Of a DNA stretch of 64,000 bases, positions 47,472 through 62,292 are shown piece after piece. Numbering within the stretch: the first letter of the stretch is position 1; each line of letters begins with the position of its first letter. Source of the DNA: Azolla caroliniana (lineage: Eukaryota; Plantae; Polypodiophyta). Both the position numbers and the translations under genes were made by a program. The DNA is taken from the NCBI GenBank assembly GCA_043228905.1, contig JBHGNT010000004.1:16430001-16494000 (forward strand). The letters run 5' to 3'. Under the pieces are notes generated by a model. The model did not search any database, had not been told where the DNA came from, and saw nothing but the letters and a program-made list of their open reading frames with translations.

Positions 47472-49799
47472 AGAAATGAGCAAGTATCCCTCGGATGTCA
47501 AGATTATGAGCTTATATAGAAAGGTTCTCGAATCTGAGAATATAATACAAAAGGGAGATATTATTATAATTACTCATTTTTTAAATTTAGTTGCGTTAGA
47601 AACAAAATCTTGTTTTAGAATCAGGCTCATTAAGAGAATTTGTAAATGATTTTGTATGCGAGAATATTATCACTCCAATGAAAATGACATGTGCATGCAG
47701 TTTGTTGAAGGATTGTTTTGTGATATAATGCAATATACATACATGCCAGTGTAGTCATCTGGTATTTAGGAGTATTTAAGCTTCTAAACTACGTTTGAGT
47801 GCTTTTAATTACAAAATTCCAAATTCCATATAGATATGTATGTTTGAATGATCTAATACTTTTGTGGGTTTTCTTCACCTTTAATATCTTAAAAGCCTGA
47901 TTCATTGCAGCTCAAAGACAATCCTGACACATGTTAAACAGTGGCTTCTAGGGATGATGTATTTCCCCATCAAGAATATTAAGCCACGTAGTGTGTTTAG
48001 AACCAGCTTGATTTGTCTGCAGAAAAACTGATAAAACATCTCAAATTGGTAGGGGAGTATGTCAATCAATGTTGTTTTTGTGATGCTTGAAAGTATCCAT
48101 CCATAGGAATCTTTTTCAAAAGACGTAACACAATTTGCAGCCTTGCAAGCCTTATTTTTTTGTCTCATAGATGCATAAACACCATAGTCTATGTAGATGT
48201 GGTTATGTAAATATTGGAGACGTGGCCGTGGCATGTGTCACAACCCAATATAGCCGTGGCAAGAGATTCAACAACTTAATGTTGGATCATAGCCTCATGC
48301 CTCCAATATTTGGTGAACACCATGCTTAGGTAAGTTCTCTAAATATTTGTTGCATAGGTATATCATTAAATTCATGGACGTGGTGTCAAATGGGTGTTAA
48401 ATATTTCATTCCTTCATAAGAAGCATTTGTGGTTTATTGGAGATGCTATTTACATTATAAATACTAAATATTTTGTGCTCCGTAAGTATAAACTCTTTTC
48501 ACATCCATATTCCAAATCCGAAAGCATTAAAATCTTACACAAACATATGGCTTTTACTAAGCACTCCCCATATCCATTTAAATAGTTTTTGTTGTATATT
48601 GTTGGAGTGGTGGAGTCATGAGAGCCTTCATTGGAAGATGCAGAGAGCAAGTCAGTAGGGAATGTATTTTTCTATTGATTTTTTTGTTGGTTGCTTCATG
48701 CCCATACTAGTAGGTTGCTCTCTAGCTTCTCTAGGTCAAATCCCATGAACTCTTACGGTTCTTTCACATTGTCATCAAACCCTTTCACATACTTTTGCAG
48801 ACCTCTTCTTGAATAGACTCGTAGGTTATTGAGCAGACATTTGTAAGTACTCTTAACATGTACCCCTTCTTTACAATATGCTTTTCTATCGTCTCCCATC
48901 TTATCTCTTAGATGTCAATGATCATATTCCCTCATCTTATGCAGTAAATATCTATAATCATATTTGAAAACAATTTCCATCACATCTTCATTTTTATATG
49001 TTGCTTGCATTTTTATTTTATTACTTGTCACCAAAAAATAGAATTGTAAAAATAGATACATGCCAAGCAAACTATTATCCTATATTTTTGTATCATATCA
49101 TTTTAGTTCTTGTGCATCCTAGTCTTGCTTACGAGATGAGATGTATGATGGTTTAAGGTCATTAAAAATAATGGCCCACATGAAAAAAAAAGCTAGAAAA
49201 GGAACTAAGATACAAAGAATAGCAAAAAAAAAGGAGCGAAAGACAAACAACTATCAAAGGAATTGATGTGATTTGATCAATATATTAGAAATTCATGAAA
49301 AATGAATCTTTTAAATTGATTGAGTTGTATGTTGAGAGGCACACAATGGAGTTATTTGTGGATAATGCCAAGCTTGCCCTGTCAATTCCATTCAATCACA
49401 AATGAAATAAAACTGTTCTTGATACATGGAAGCAAAAAAGAGGGCTCATTAATAGGAGTAAAATCGTCACCACAAGTATGATTGCTTGAACTTTCCCTAC
49501 ATATTTCCTTATAAAGTTGGGAGTACAAATGGTTTGCATGAGTGCGAGAAGATGTTCTTCCATTATGAGACTAAAGCGTGGTTTATAAAGTACTTGCCCA
49601 TGCCAACTCTTAGATAAGAATAGGCTTATATATTAGTACTCATGATACATATATATATTTTCTTCAAATATTTTCCTCATTAGTATTAAGAAAAACATGT
49701 GAATGCTACAACTTAAGCTTATGTGCCCAAAAGCTTACAATTTTCATGTACAATGATATACGATAATCCTAAGACGAAAGCTAGAACTTTGTAAAAGGT

Positions 49800-52700
49800 A
49801 ATTTTTTTAAATTTTTTTTTGCATTCTGCCATGCTTCACTCTTAATCAATAAAGGGTCCAAGGAAGTCGATAGTTCCATTGAGGCCCTTGAGTTGACTCA
49901 GAGAATAGGGGTAACTTTTTCCATAAGTGAAGGAGCTTCTTCTTTCTCTTGTTCACAATCTCTGGTGAACCCTGCATGTTGTCATACTGGCCGCAGACTA
50001 CTGCCACCAAGTTCTCCCATATCTCACGCAATACATCTGAGAGACACTGATATGTCACATCATAACGTCGGTTGCATCGACATTTCCATAATGCCCATAA
50101 CGTTATTGTAGTCATTGTTTTCCATATCTGGGCAGATCACACCTGCTTTTGAGGTTGTTGAAAGGGGCTGGCCAATATCAATATTCTAGTATGTACCATC
50201 ATTGCCTCTTGAACATCGCTTGCCTCATACAACATCAAACTGGAATGTAACACTCCCCACATTGCTGATCCCCATGAAAATAAGCAACCAACATTGATTG
50301 TTAAAAATAACGAAAGAACTTTATTCCATACTTGTTGAGCCAAGGAACATGACCAAAGGGCATGCTTGGTAGTCTCTTGCGCTTCGTGGCAAAAGTCACA
50401 TTGTCCAAGATTAGGTGTTACATTTCATTTCAATGAGTAACCAACTGGTAAGGCCATATGCACTAATAGCCATCTGAAGAGAATAAATTTAGTTGGTCCC
50501 TTGAATAGTCATTTCCAGTAGGTTTTCAAATGCAAAGTTGAGACCTCCCAAGTGGTCCAATGTTTCTGAGCTGTTGGTATCCTTGCATTCCGAGAAAGCA
50601 ATAGTGCTCTTCCAAGTTTGACTGAGTATTGAAAGAAAGGAACCTTTATGATCTGTTCCCCCAAGGAATGTGACCAAAACCAGCCCCCCGGATCCCATGT
50701 TAATCTTGGGTCTTTTTCATATAACCACAACATATCACACGTATGAGCAATTGAAGGATAAGGATTGAGCATCCATTTCTTTCCAAATTTAGCAACAACT
50801 CTAACTAGTGCACTTCGCAAGTGTTGTAGATAACTGCACTCTAAGGTGTAAGGTTGTAATGTATGACTGTTTAGGACCTTAAAGTAAGAAGCGCACCCGT
50901 TTGGTGAAACTGCCTTGACAGCCACCAATGTGTCATTTATGAAGCATCCAACCCACATATGTTCCTTTGTGGGTTGAAAGGTTGTAGAAAACGAAGAATA
51001 TGTTGTTGATATACTAGCGGTCATTAGCTTGGCACCATGAGCTGATTTTAATTGTGTAAGATGATCTTCTTGTGACATTTGCTGAAAATGATTCCACGTT
51101 CTTACAGATGCAGCAGGCCCATTATCCAATTTTCCCCAAGCAAGGTGAGTTCTTAGGCCCAATACTTTTCCTGCATTATCCCGAAATAAAGAATTGGCAA
51201 GAAGAGGTTAATTAAGTAGCGCATCCCACATAGAAGGCTTGTCCTTAAGCAAGAATGACTTAATCACATCCCATGCCCTTATGATTCCTAGCAAAAATCT
51301 ATTGGATGCAAGATCCCGCCTTGGTGTTTGTACATCATTCAGGAATAACCATTTTAAAGAGGGTGACCAAACATTGCCCATCTTAGGACTTAACTGCATC
51401 AACTAATTTAGAAATATCTCTTTCCAAGATTCTGATCCTGGCAGCAATCCTCTAATCACAAACTTAGTCAAAAGGGCTCTTGATTGCATTAAAGGGTCTA
51501 TCAAACCAAAACCTCCATTGCTTTTAGGTTGTATTAACACATTCCAAGAAACTTTGGCTACTGTTGGAGATCCTTGTTTTCCCCCCTAGAGGAAATTCCG
51601 AATCAAACTTTGCACTTTCGTTATTGTAGATCTAGAAAATAGCCAAACGGATGCTATAAACCACATTGAAGCCAACAATATAGAGTTGGCTACAACAACC
51701 CGGCCCGCAAAGGACAATTGTTGGGCATCCCAATGTATTAGTTTACGTTTAATTGATAATAGTCGTGGCGATAACATTGCTTTTGGCCGCAAATCTATGC
51801 CAACCATACATCCCAGATAACGAACTGGTTCACCATGATGAAGCCATCAGAAAGAAGGACCTGGATACCATGCAGGGTGAGTTTCTTCACCTACCCAAAT
51901 TCCAACTGACTAGTTCCAATTAAGTGATGCACCTGTAGCATCTGAAAAAACTTGCAAAGCATCTTATACCCGACCAAGATTTCCAATCTCCCCATCAACA
52001 TAAAGGGTCGTGTCATCTGCAAATTCAGCATCCAATACACTAGGTTGTGTAAAAGGTAATGCAATGCCTCTTATACCTACCGAAGACGATCTTAGGTAGG
52101 AGGACAGGGCTTCCCCAAACAAGATGAAAAGAAACAGGGCGAGAGGGCATCCTTGCCGAACTGACTTGGAGATAGGAAATAATGGCCCATATCCTCCAGC
52201 AAACAAGACAAAACTAGAAGCATGCCTATATAGGGTAGAGACACCTTTTATCCATGCAGCAGGAAAGCCTAATCTTGACAGCACTGCCTCAAGAAAGTCC
52301 CAATCCACTTTATCATAAGCCTTCTCAAAGTAAAGCAAAAATACTGCAATCTGTTGTTTATTTTGCTGAGCTAAAGCATCCTTTCCCAAAACAAAAAGAT
52401 GTTTTAAAAAATGCTTCTATCTTGCAAAAAACCAGATTGAGTGTCATGAATAATAGACGACAACACTGATCTTAGTTTGAGGGCAATGGTTTTTGCCACA
52501 ATCTTGTACACATCATTAAGCAATGTTATTGGCCTCCACTTGGCGACTTCATCACATTGGGCATCTGACTTAGGGATCATATATATGATTCCTTCCGTCC
52601 ATCCGTAGGCATACTACCGCTTGAAAATATTAAATTAACCGCACTAGTAAGTAGGGGATCCAGGAAATCCCAATAATGCAAATAGAAACCAATTCCTATT

Positions 52701-54394
52701 CCATCTTTTCCCGGACAAACATCCTTTCCTAAGGATTTAGCTGTAGAAAAGACCTCCTGCGGTGTGAATGGTTGCAATAAATGAGATGCCATTACATATG
52801 TAATCTTTTGTTGAACAGTTGCAAGAATAACTTGTCTCTTGTAAAGACTATCTACTGAAAAAGATTCCGCAGACGACAACTGATGGTAGTAATCCGAGAT
52901 TATATCTCGCATCTTAGATTATTCTTATGTGTAGGATCCATCAAGCCGCTTCAAAGAGGTAATAGAAAGAGGTCTATTTTTCCGTTTAAACTGATTAAAA
53001 AATTCTTTGTTGACCCGATCCTGCCTTTGTGACCAACGAGCAACATTACAGTAGTAGAAGAACATTGAGCATTCTTCCTGTTTATCTTTTAAAACGCTTT
53101 TCACTTGTCGCAAGTCACAATGTAACATAGATGAAGTTGGATACCTTTCCAAAAATTGTTGTACTGCTGCAAGAGCACGACGTAGGCTGGCAATCTCTGA
53201 GTTACAACGATTAATTGATGTTGCAATTATTTTTGTGAATAGAGTCTTTGTATTGAGTATGGCATGAACCATATTGTTAAGCAAATAGTCGTCTACGGAA
53301 TTGCTTGGAGTATCGCCTCTTGGTAAATGTAACATGTAGCTTTAGAGGATCATGGTCAAAGATAATTGAGCCCGGAATAATTCCTAGGAACCCACCAACC
53401 TCCCAAAATACACTACTAGCATAAAATCTATCTAGTCGAGACAAATTTGTAACAACCATACTCCCATCTGATCGAGAGAACTGAAGGGATCCTTGTATGC
53501 GTGAAAACGAGTGCACCTTCCATAAATCAAGCAACCCAAAGGCAAAACAAAAAAAATCTCAACATTTAGCCTCCCATCCTGAAATAGTAGTACCTACACC
53601 TCCCAATCTATTAGTGGCATCCTCAATCATATTGAAGTCACCTCCCACTAACCAACAATCCACTAAATCCGCATAATCCGAAAGAGATAACCATAAATCT
53701 GCCCTTTTTGACACAGAATTAGAGGCATAAAGATTCATAAGGCCAACCTTCTATGATCCTCTTTTTAAAATAAGGAATTGTGCCCGTTTATTCATAGTAG
53801 TAGCTGCTGACATGATGTTAGACTCCAATTGTTGTCTAATAGCAATGCATAATCTAGCCTGACGGCCATTAGGGCCAAATGCAGGAACCCAAAAATGAGT
53901 CCACCGTCCTGGTAAAATGGAACCATATTTCCGAATCCTATCCATGCACAGGTGGTGCTCTTGTAGAAACAAAATATCAACAATACCAATAGTAGAACTG
54001 CCTAAATCTAATCGTAAGAGTCCTTTAACTCTACGAAAGGCTTGTACATTCCAGGAAAGAAAATGGAGGGTGTCCATATTACTTAGGTTTTCGTGCTGTC
54101 CTTTTCTCAAGCAAAGCCTCCTGACAGCCTTTCTAAGCACCCTCTTGAACTCTTGCTTGTCTTTTTAAAATCAAGTAATTCCGTGCATACTTATGCACCC
54201 TATGTTCCTTAACCTGCTTTTGAGTGGTTTGAGTTGTCAAAGAAACTTGTGAAATTGTAAATTGAAATCCAGCACAAGGTAGTTTGTCTACACCCTTAGC
54301 CTTTTAAAGACCCATACTGTTTGGTTGACCAGAAACAAGTTGTCCTGAGAGATTATTGACAAGATTTGAATTACCAAAGACTTGGAGTTGATTG
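49800..54394 (-). mobile_element. L1-type LINE, 3' part (end of ORF1; ORF2 with APE endonuclease, RT and zf-RVT), decayed
   Basis: LSWNV, LFLQEHH, GGDFN, SRLDRFY, DHDP; PGKDG, EKAYDKVDW, SVRQGCPL, FADD; LSFAGRVVVAN; T-rich tail near 49802-49820. Confidence 0.9.
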
Positions 54395-54671
54395 TGACAG
54401 GAACTACAGGCTCCGATGAACAACGCTCGGCCACAACTGAGCCTAGAATAAAACACAAAAAAAAAGGCAGGGAATGAAAGCACAACACGATAGAGAGAAG
54501 AGTACACAGGATGTTTAACGTGGAAAACCCTGAGAGGGAAAAACCAAGGCAGTCCACTGACTGCTAACTATCACTATATCACAATGATTACAACAGTGGG
54601 CTCACGGAGGCAACGACCTCGTGCTCACGATCATCGCCACAGGCGCCGGTTACAACAGAGGCAACGACCTC

Positions 54672-54707
<36 letters not shown>

Positions 54708-57700
54708 CACAGTTACGCTCTCTCTAGTCTTGCACCAACAAGAATGACAACAACAACTTCTAAGTTTGCCCTAAGTCATATTTATACTAATATGACTTTT
54801 CGGCTATTTACAAATATAGCCCTGATGGCTTCTCAGGAAAACATATTTACGAATATGTCCCTTCATCCGGTGAGCACTTCTCACCGGGCCTTCACCATTC
54901 GGCGCTTGCCGGGCACTCGTCATCCGGTTCTCCGTAGCCGGGTACTCCTCATCCGATTCTCACCGGGTCTTCCGTTGCCGGGTATTCCTCATCCGGTTCT
55001 CACCGGGTCTTCGCCATCCGGCTCTTGCCGGGTACTCGTCATCCGGTTCTCCGTAGCCGGGTACTCCTCAATTCCCATCCGGAGGAACCTGTTTTCTAAC
55101 AAAATCCCCCTTCACTCCGGCATGGGGTGTCTTACTAGTCCCATCCGCTTCCGGCATGCTTCTAGCTTGTCGGGTATCAGTACATTGGTCATCATATCTG
55201 ACCCGTTCTCGGCCGTGTGGATCTTCGTCAGTGCGAACTCCTGGTCATCTACTCTTTCCTAGATCCAATTATACCTTCGTTGTATATGCTTCGTCCGGGA
55301 ATGGTAGGCCGCATTCTTAGCAAGGTGGATGGCACTTTGACTGTCGCAATAGAGCCGGTATTCATCTTGTCGGATACTGAGCTCTCCGATGAAGTCCTTC
55401 ATCCATAATATTTCCTTGCCGGCTTCCACAGCCGCCATGTACTCCGCTTCCGTGGTTGACAACACAACGGTCTTCTGCAGCCTCAACTACACGAAACAAC
55501 TCCCCCTGCATATGTCATTACATACCCGGATTTAGACCGGTTGGTATCCACATCAGCCGACATGTCCGAATCGGTAAAACCATCAAGTTGAGGTTTTCCG
55601 GAGCCGAATCAGAGACAAATATTTGAAGTGCCCTTCAAGTACCGGAGTATCCATTTGACCGCGTTCCAGTGCTCCTTGCCGGGATTGCTCATAAACCGGC
55701 TCACCACTCCGACTGTGTATCCTATATCTGGTCGGGTACACACCATTGCGTACATTAAGCTCCCGACGGCAGAGGCATATGGAACCTTCGTCATATCTGC
55801 CTTCTCTGCTTTTGTCTTCGAGCTTTGCTTACCGGATAATCTGCAGTTTGCGGGGAGTGTCGATCCAACCGGTTTCGCATCTGACATGTTGAACCGCTGA
55901 AGCACCTTTGTCACGTATTTCTCCTGTGACAGCCACAGTTGCTTCGTTGGCCGGTTCCGGATGATATGCATCCCCAACATCTGTCTTGCCGGACCCAAGT
56001 CTTTCATCGCGAAGGTTCAGTTGAGAACCTTCTTCAGCATCCGTATTTCGGCTTGGTCCCGTCCGACGATCAACATGTCGTCCACGTACAGAAGGAGTAT
56101 TAGGAAGTCGCCTCCTTCGAACTCTTCACAAACACGCAGTGATCGGCCTGCGTCTTGTGGTACCCTTGATAGGTCATGAAGGAGTCGAACTTCCGGTACC
56201 ATTGTCGGGGAGCCTGCTTCAGTCCGTACAGGCTCTTCTTCAACCGGCAAACCAGTTGCTCCTTCCCTTTCTCCACGAATCCTTCCGGTTGCTGCATGTA
56301 GATCTCCTCTTCGAGGTCACCGTGAAGGAATGCCGTCTTCACGTCCAGCTGCTCTACCTCGAGGTCCATGCTTGCCGCTATACTCAGCACCGTCCGGATG
56401 GAGGTCATCTTTACTACCGGGGCAAATATCTCGTCGAAGTCCACACCCTTCTTCTACTGGAACCCCTTCACCACAATCCTGGCTTTGTATCTCGGGGGTT
56501 TGTTGGCATCTCCCGATTTCAACTTGTACACCCACTTGTTTCGGAGTGCCCGCTTTCCTTTCGCAACTCCACCAATTCGTACGTATGGTTCTCATGCAGG
56601 GAGTCCATCTCATCCTGCATGGCACTTAACCATTTGCAGCTGTGGGTGTCATCCTTCGCTTCTTCGAAGCTTTCTGGCTCCCCCTCATCGGTTAGCAGCA
56701 CATGCTCTGCATCTGGAAATCTCTGGGGGCCCTTCTCTCTCTTAGAGGATATCTCCGTCTCTAGGCTTCGGTAACCGGCTCCTCCATTTGCTCTTCATCC
56801 GAATCTGATTCGGGGTCTTGGCCGGTTCCGGTTTCAACTTCCTCTACTTCTTCTTCTGCCGGTTCGGTATCCTCACCGTAACCGGCTGGTTCCTTGAGTG
56901 CTAACCGGTCTCTTGCTGGTTGGGTCTGCTCATCGTAGAATCGATTCTTACCGGCTGACTCGGAGTTCATTATCTTCTTCTCCGACTCCTAGTCGGCGAG
57001 CGTCTTGTCCTTCATAAAGATAATATCTCGACTTCAGAATACCTTGTTGTCGACCAGGTCCCACACTCGGTAGCCGAACTCATCGTCGCCGTAACCGAGG
57101 AATATGCATGGCCGGGTCTTCGGATCTAGTTTTCCTCTCCGGTCCTTAGCTACATGCACATACACAAGACACCCGAATACCTTCAGATGCCAGTAGGACA
57201 CTTCCTTACCGGTTCAGACTCTCTGTGGCGTGTCTCCATCCAAGGGTACTGAGGGTGATCTGTTTATCACATATGTCGTCGTCGACAGTGCCTCAGCCCA
57301 AAACTTCTTGGGTAGTTTTGCATGCGCCAGCATACTCCAGACCCTCTCCATTATGGTCTGGTTCATCCTCTCGGCTAGCCCGTTTAGTTCCGGCGTCTTC
57401 GGCACGGTAAATTCGAGTTGGATTCCCTTCGAGCGACATTACTCCTCGAACTGCCCCCGGTATTCACCTCCGTTATCTGCTCTAACCGCCTTCAGCTTCC
57501 GACTGGTTTCCCTTTCCACTCTCGCATGGAGCTCTTTGAAGACAGATAGCACCTGATCCTTCGTCTTCAACAGTGTGGCCCACAGCTTCCGGCTGTGGTC
57601 ATCTATGAACTTCACGAAGTACTGCGATCCAGCATGTGAGTTCGTGTTCACTTGACATACATCGGTATGCACCAACTCTAGTGGCGCATTACGTCTCATC

Positions 57701-59461
57701 GGTGGCCTTGTTCGGAAGGAGGTCCGGTTTTGCTTACCGGCCAAACAATTAGTGCACTTCTCCAAGTGCACGTTCTTCACTGGAATGAGGTTGTCGTCTG
57801 CAAGCCTCTTCATCCCCTTCTCACTCATGTGACACAACCTTTTGTGCCACAGCTCACCGGCAGTGTCGGATGCCACATTCACTTCCTCCGGACATAACCG
57901 GGCATTCATCAGGTACAGTGTATTTACCTTCCGGGCCCGAGCCACAATCAGGCTCCCTTTGCCGAACTTCATAACACCGTTCTGGATGCTACCCGTGTAG
58001 CCTTCATCATCTAGCCGATCGGCTGATATCAGGTTCAGACCAATCTCCGGAACGTGTCGGACATCCTTCAGCAGCAGCTTGCATCCGGTTGGTGTTGCCA
58101 GCCACACGTCTCCTATGCCGACAATTCGGCATGTACCTTCATTCCCCATCCGGACACAGCCGTGATCATCGGCTGAGTAGGATGAGAAGCATTTCTGGTC
58201 CGGGGTAAGGTGGAATGATGCTCCGGAGTCGACCACCCAGGTCATCTCGTCGCCGGCAAGGTTTAGCTCACTCTCCTCGGTGATGAGCATCAACTCTTCT
58301 TCACTTGCCGCGATTGCCGTCGTTCCCTTCCGGTCCGTTCCCCTCCGGTCTTTACCGTTTCGGTCCGGTGTCCGCTTCGAATCGGTACCGTCGGTTTCCT
58401 TGTCTTTACGGAAATGCCGACAGTTCTTCTGGAAGTGTCCCGGCTTGCCGCAATAGAAGCAAGTAGGCCTCCCCCTTGACTTTGACTGTGTCCCTGACTT
58501 TTCCCGGTTCTGGGGACTACGGTTTCTATGTCTTCCGCGTTCCGATTCGGTAAGGAGCACTTTGGAGTCGGAGCTCGTATCCTTATCTTTCCGATGCGCC
58601 TCCTCATCTAGCAAGCTCGACTTCACTCTTGCTAGGGATAACCGTTTCCCTTCCGGCCCGGCGTTGCCCAAAGTGACAACCAACGTCTCCCAGCTATCCG
58701 GGAGGGAACCGAGCAGGAGTAGCGCTTGTACCTCATCAGCGAGAGGTACTTCCAATGATGTTGCCTGGTGTATCAGCCCCTGGAAGGCATTCATGTGCTC
58801 CGCCATGCTGGAGCCATCTTGGTACCGAAGTCTTACTAGCTTCCGGAATACCGAAACCTGGTTAATAGCATTTTTGTTTTGAAACATAATGCCGATCTTC
58901 TCCCAGAGCTCATGAGCCTTGCTCTCTTCATTGAAGTTGTTGTATAGGCTCATGTCGATGAAGCACCGTATGTAAGCCGTTGTCTTCATGTGCATCACCT
59001 CCCATATCGTGGCGTCGATTTTGTCCGGTCTCTTGTCCCCAAATTGAACCGGCAACCAAAAATCTTTAACCACGAGCATGTCCCTCATCTTCGACTTCCA
59101 CACCGAATAGTTGGAGCCGGTGAGCTTGAACATGCCTCCCAACGAATCGTCCATTTTCTGTGTCGTTTTGCTCTGATACCACTTTGACAGGAACTACAGG
59201 CTCCGATGAACAACGCTCGGCCACAACCGAGCCTAGAATAAAACACAAAAAAAAAGGCAGGGAATGAAAGCACAACAAGATAGAGAGAAGAGTACACAAG
59301 ATGTTTAACGTGGAAAACCCTGAGAGGGAAAAACCAAGGCAGTCCACTGACTGCTAACTATCACTATATCACAATGATTACAACAGTGGGCTCACGGAGG
59401 CAACGACCTCGTGCTCACGATCTTCGCCACAGGCGCCGGTTACAACAGAGGCAACGACCTC

Positions 59462-59495
<34 letters not shown>

Positions 59496-59889
59496 CACAG
59501 TTACGCGCTCTCTAGTCTTGCACCAACAAGAATGACAAAAACAACTTCTAAGTTTTCCCTAAGTCATATTTATACTAATATGACTTTTCGGCTATTTACA
59601 AATATAGCCCTGATGGCTTCTCAGGAAAACATATTTACGAATATGTCCCTTCATCCGGTGAGCACTTCTCACCGGGCCTTCACCATCCGGCGCTTGCCGG
59701 GCACTCGTCATCTGGTTCTCCGTAGCCGGGTACTCCTCATCCGGTTCTCACCGGGTCTTCCGTTGCCGGGTATTCCTCATCCGGTTCTCACCGGGTCTTC
59801 GCCATCTGGCTCTTGCCAGGTACTCGTCATCCGGTTCTCCGTAGTTGGTTACTCCTCAATTCCCATCCGGAGGGACCTGTTTCCTAACA
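54395..59889 (-). mobile_element. Full-length Ty1/Copia (Tnt1/Tork-like) inserted into LINE ORF1
   Basis: LTRs 59185-59889 and 54395-55101; TSD GATTG; Met PBS 59170-59181; PPT 55102-55115; gag-PR-INT-RT-RH order. Confidence 0.97.
55110..59154 (-). pseudogene. Copia gag-pol polyprotein with a few stops and frameshifts
   Basis: 571-aa open start (CFYCGKPGH, WVVDSGASFH, LWHKRLCH, DNGGEY), then DVKTAFLHG, YVDD, STTEAEY and HSRTKHI. Confidence 0.95.
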
Positions 59890-61360
59890 GATTGTTCGCT
59901 CCACTTCTCGTGGCACTTTGAGGCATTTCCACACCCAACATATGTTGAGTGTAAACAACCTTTTGCTTTGATTTTTCAGAAGAAACCAAATTAACAGATG
60001 TAGGCAACGACAACCATTGATTCTCCACAATTTTCAAGGGTGGTTGACCTACTACTAACCTCAGAAAGGACTTAAGCAACTGGATGGAATGTAGATCTGT
60101 TTTTTTTTGGGAAGAATTTGGGTCAAGCCTTTGTTGAGGAAGATGGGATGATGAGTGGTCCAAAACATTCACCTCACTTGGACGGTCTTGTTCTACATAC
60201 AGAGTAGAATACCTATTTTGCAAGGGAGGAAATTCCTTTAAACTGTTACTAGCTACATGGTGAGGTTTATCATGATATACTTGTGAAGGTGTCTTCCTAT
60301 GCCCCACCTCAGTCCAACCATCAGATCTATCTTGAGATGACATTATATTTGTGATAGGGACATGCTTATCAGTATCTTTAATAATTTTTGGGCAATTCTT
60401 TGCCAAATGTCCAAATCCAAAACACTGATTTGTTAAGCCCTTATACAAGATTTTCTGAGAAAAAGATTCTTGGCTTGGGTCAAGTAAATTGGGTAACAAT
60501 ATAGTTGAGGGTAGAACTGCGGTTTTAGAAATCAATTTTTTTGCAGACGCAACTTCCATTGACTTTTCTTTGACCTGACGAGACTTATCATAGGTTTCCA
60601 AAACCATACCAATATTACTAGCAATTAGATGCACGAAAGGCATCCATTCTTTACGCAAATTGGGAAATACCACCATACATGTATGATATAACTCTAACTC
60701 ATGAAATACTTGATTTGCGGAGTTGTGAATCCATTTATGGAAGGAGACCCATCCTCCCTTGACTGCTACAACTTTCTTCTCCAACAAGATCGACACCATT
60801 TGTTGCTGCTCGAATTCTATCTGATAACAATTCCGTCCAAGCATCTGTATATCTGTGATATTATCAATCTCTTGTTTCAATGCCGCTTGCAACAATAAAC
60901 GAAGGTTAGCGCATTGAGGATAAATGCCCAAAACATGTACAATGGCATTCCTCTTCTCTATACATTGTATCTCTCTTACTACCTGTACTCAATCCTGTTC
61001 TGACAATAGGAGCCTTACCACGTTGTTCGAAATAGGTGAGATGTCCAGATTTGCTACACTGGAGCCCCGATTAGACTGTTTGCAACGATGCAATACTTGC
61101 TCCTGATTCATATGTGTATCGATGAAGACCGCCGACTTTTCTTTAATTATTATGGCGGACATAGCAGCCCCTAAACCTGTCGTGACAGGATTTAAACACG
61201 CATCAACAACAACAGGCTGAGTAGCGGCAACAGGCTGGATGGTGATGGGTTGTGTGGCAGCACTGTGGGCGGAGATGCGCTGCGCGGCGGCAAATGTACT
61301 GTTGTTTTGCTAAGCGACAACAGGTATGGTTGCTGTAGGCTGAGTATTGGCAAGCACTAT
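59890..61360 (-). mobile_element. LINE 5' part (ORF1-like with degenerate Zn knuckle, and leader)
   Basis: ORF 59849-60931 (IQMLGRNCYQIEF...QCFGFGHLAKNCP) is collinear with the LINE across the Copia TSD; 5' boundary uncertain. Confidence 0.75.
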
Positions 61361-61747
61361 GTCGTTCTTCATTGTCTCCATCTCGGTTTCCATCTCTATT
61401 TCCATTAAATGTACATTTTTTTAAGAAAGTGTCGGATTCAAAACACCACAAGAAACTAATATGTCTTCATGATACATATATTAACTTCTTTCAATATAGA
61501 TACATAGATATTTTAACATCCACAGGAGACTGATTGTGATCTAAGGATCAAACATGGGTTCTCTCAAATGTATGAATTTGATGTTGTGGCGTAAACCACC
61601 AAGCCAAGAGAGATAGAGAGGTAGATTTTATTATCCATGGGACCAAAAATATAACATTTTGAACCTAGTATATTGAAATTGATCAATGACACGTGATGTT
61701 TAAGAACTTTACTAATGAATGTCACAATCGAGAGTGCACATTGTGTT

Positions 61748-62150
61748 TGTTGAGATGCAAGCTCAACATGGGCCGGATCGGTTGAACAAGCTGAGGGCCA
61801 GATCGGATCGAAGGACTGGATCAGAGAGCTGGATCCACGAGCCGGTAGGCCGTTAGAGGCCTACGATCCTAGCCTAGTAGATAGGCACATTTTTAGGAAT
61901 TAGTGTTAGATGCTCCTTTATGAGCATTGAGTTCTTGTCAATACGTCTAACCGTCCTTTATGAACCTGTATAAAAGTGCTCACTGAGCACACTTGTATGT
62001 ACAAACTGAGTATTATTTTGAAATTGAGTTTCTGTGTTTTGCTATCTCTGTCTCTCCCGTGTACTGACACACACTCTCCCTCCATTGTTCTCTGTTGCTG
62101 TCCGGCTGAGCCGATTGTGTATGTTTAGCTTCCACACGTTATTCTTTTCA
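61748..62150 (+). mobile_element. Solo LTR (Copia-like)
   Basis: Starts TGTTGAGATGCAAGCTCAAC like the other Copia LTRs here; ends CA; near-TSD GTGTT/GTGAT. Confidence 0.7.
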
Positions 62151-62292
62151 GTGATTGTTAGAAAAATTCATGTAAGGATTAGATTTGGTCAAAGATATGT
62201 GGGAAGTATAGCTGGATATGATCAAAGGTAGAAATTTGTATCAAATTGTGATACTCAAAAAACTCCCAAACTTATCACAATATGTGCATAGT

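Noticed and set aside
54288-55262. ORFs repeated at 54288-55262 and 59066-59921 (and 35019/37837, 19753/33313)
   Set aside because: Chance frames within duplicated LTRs.
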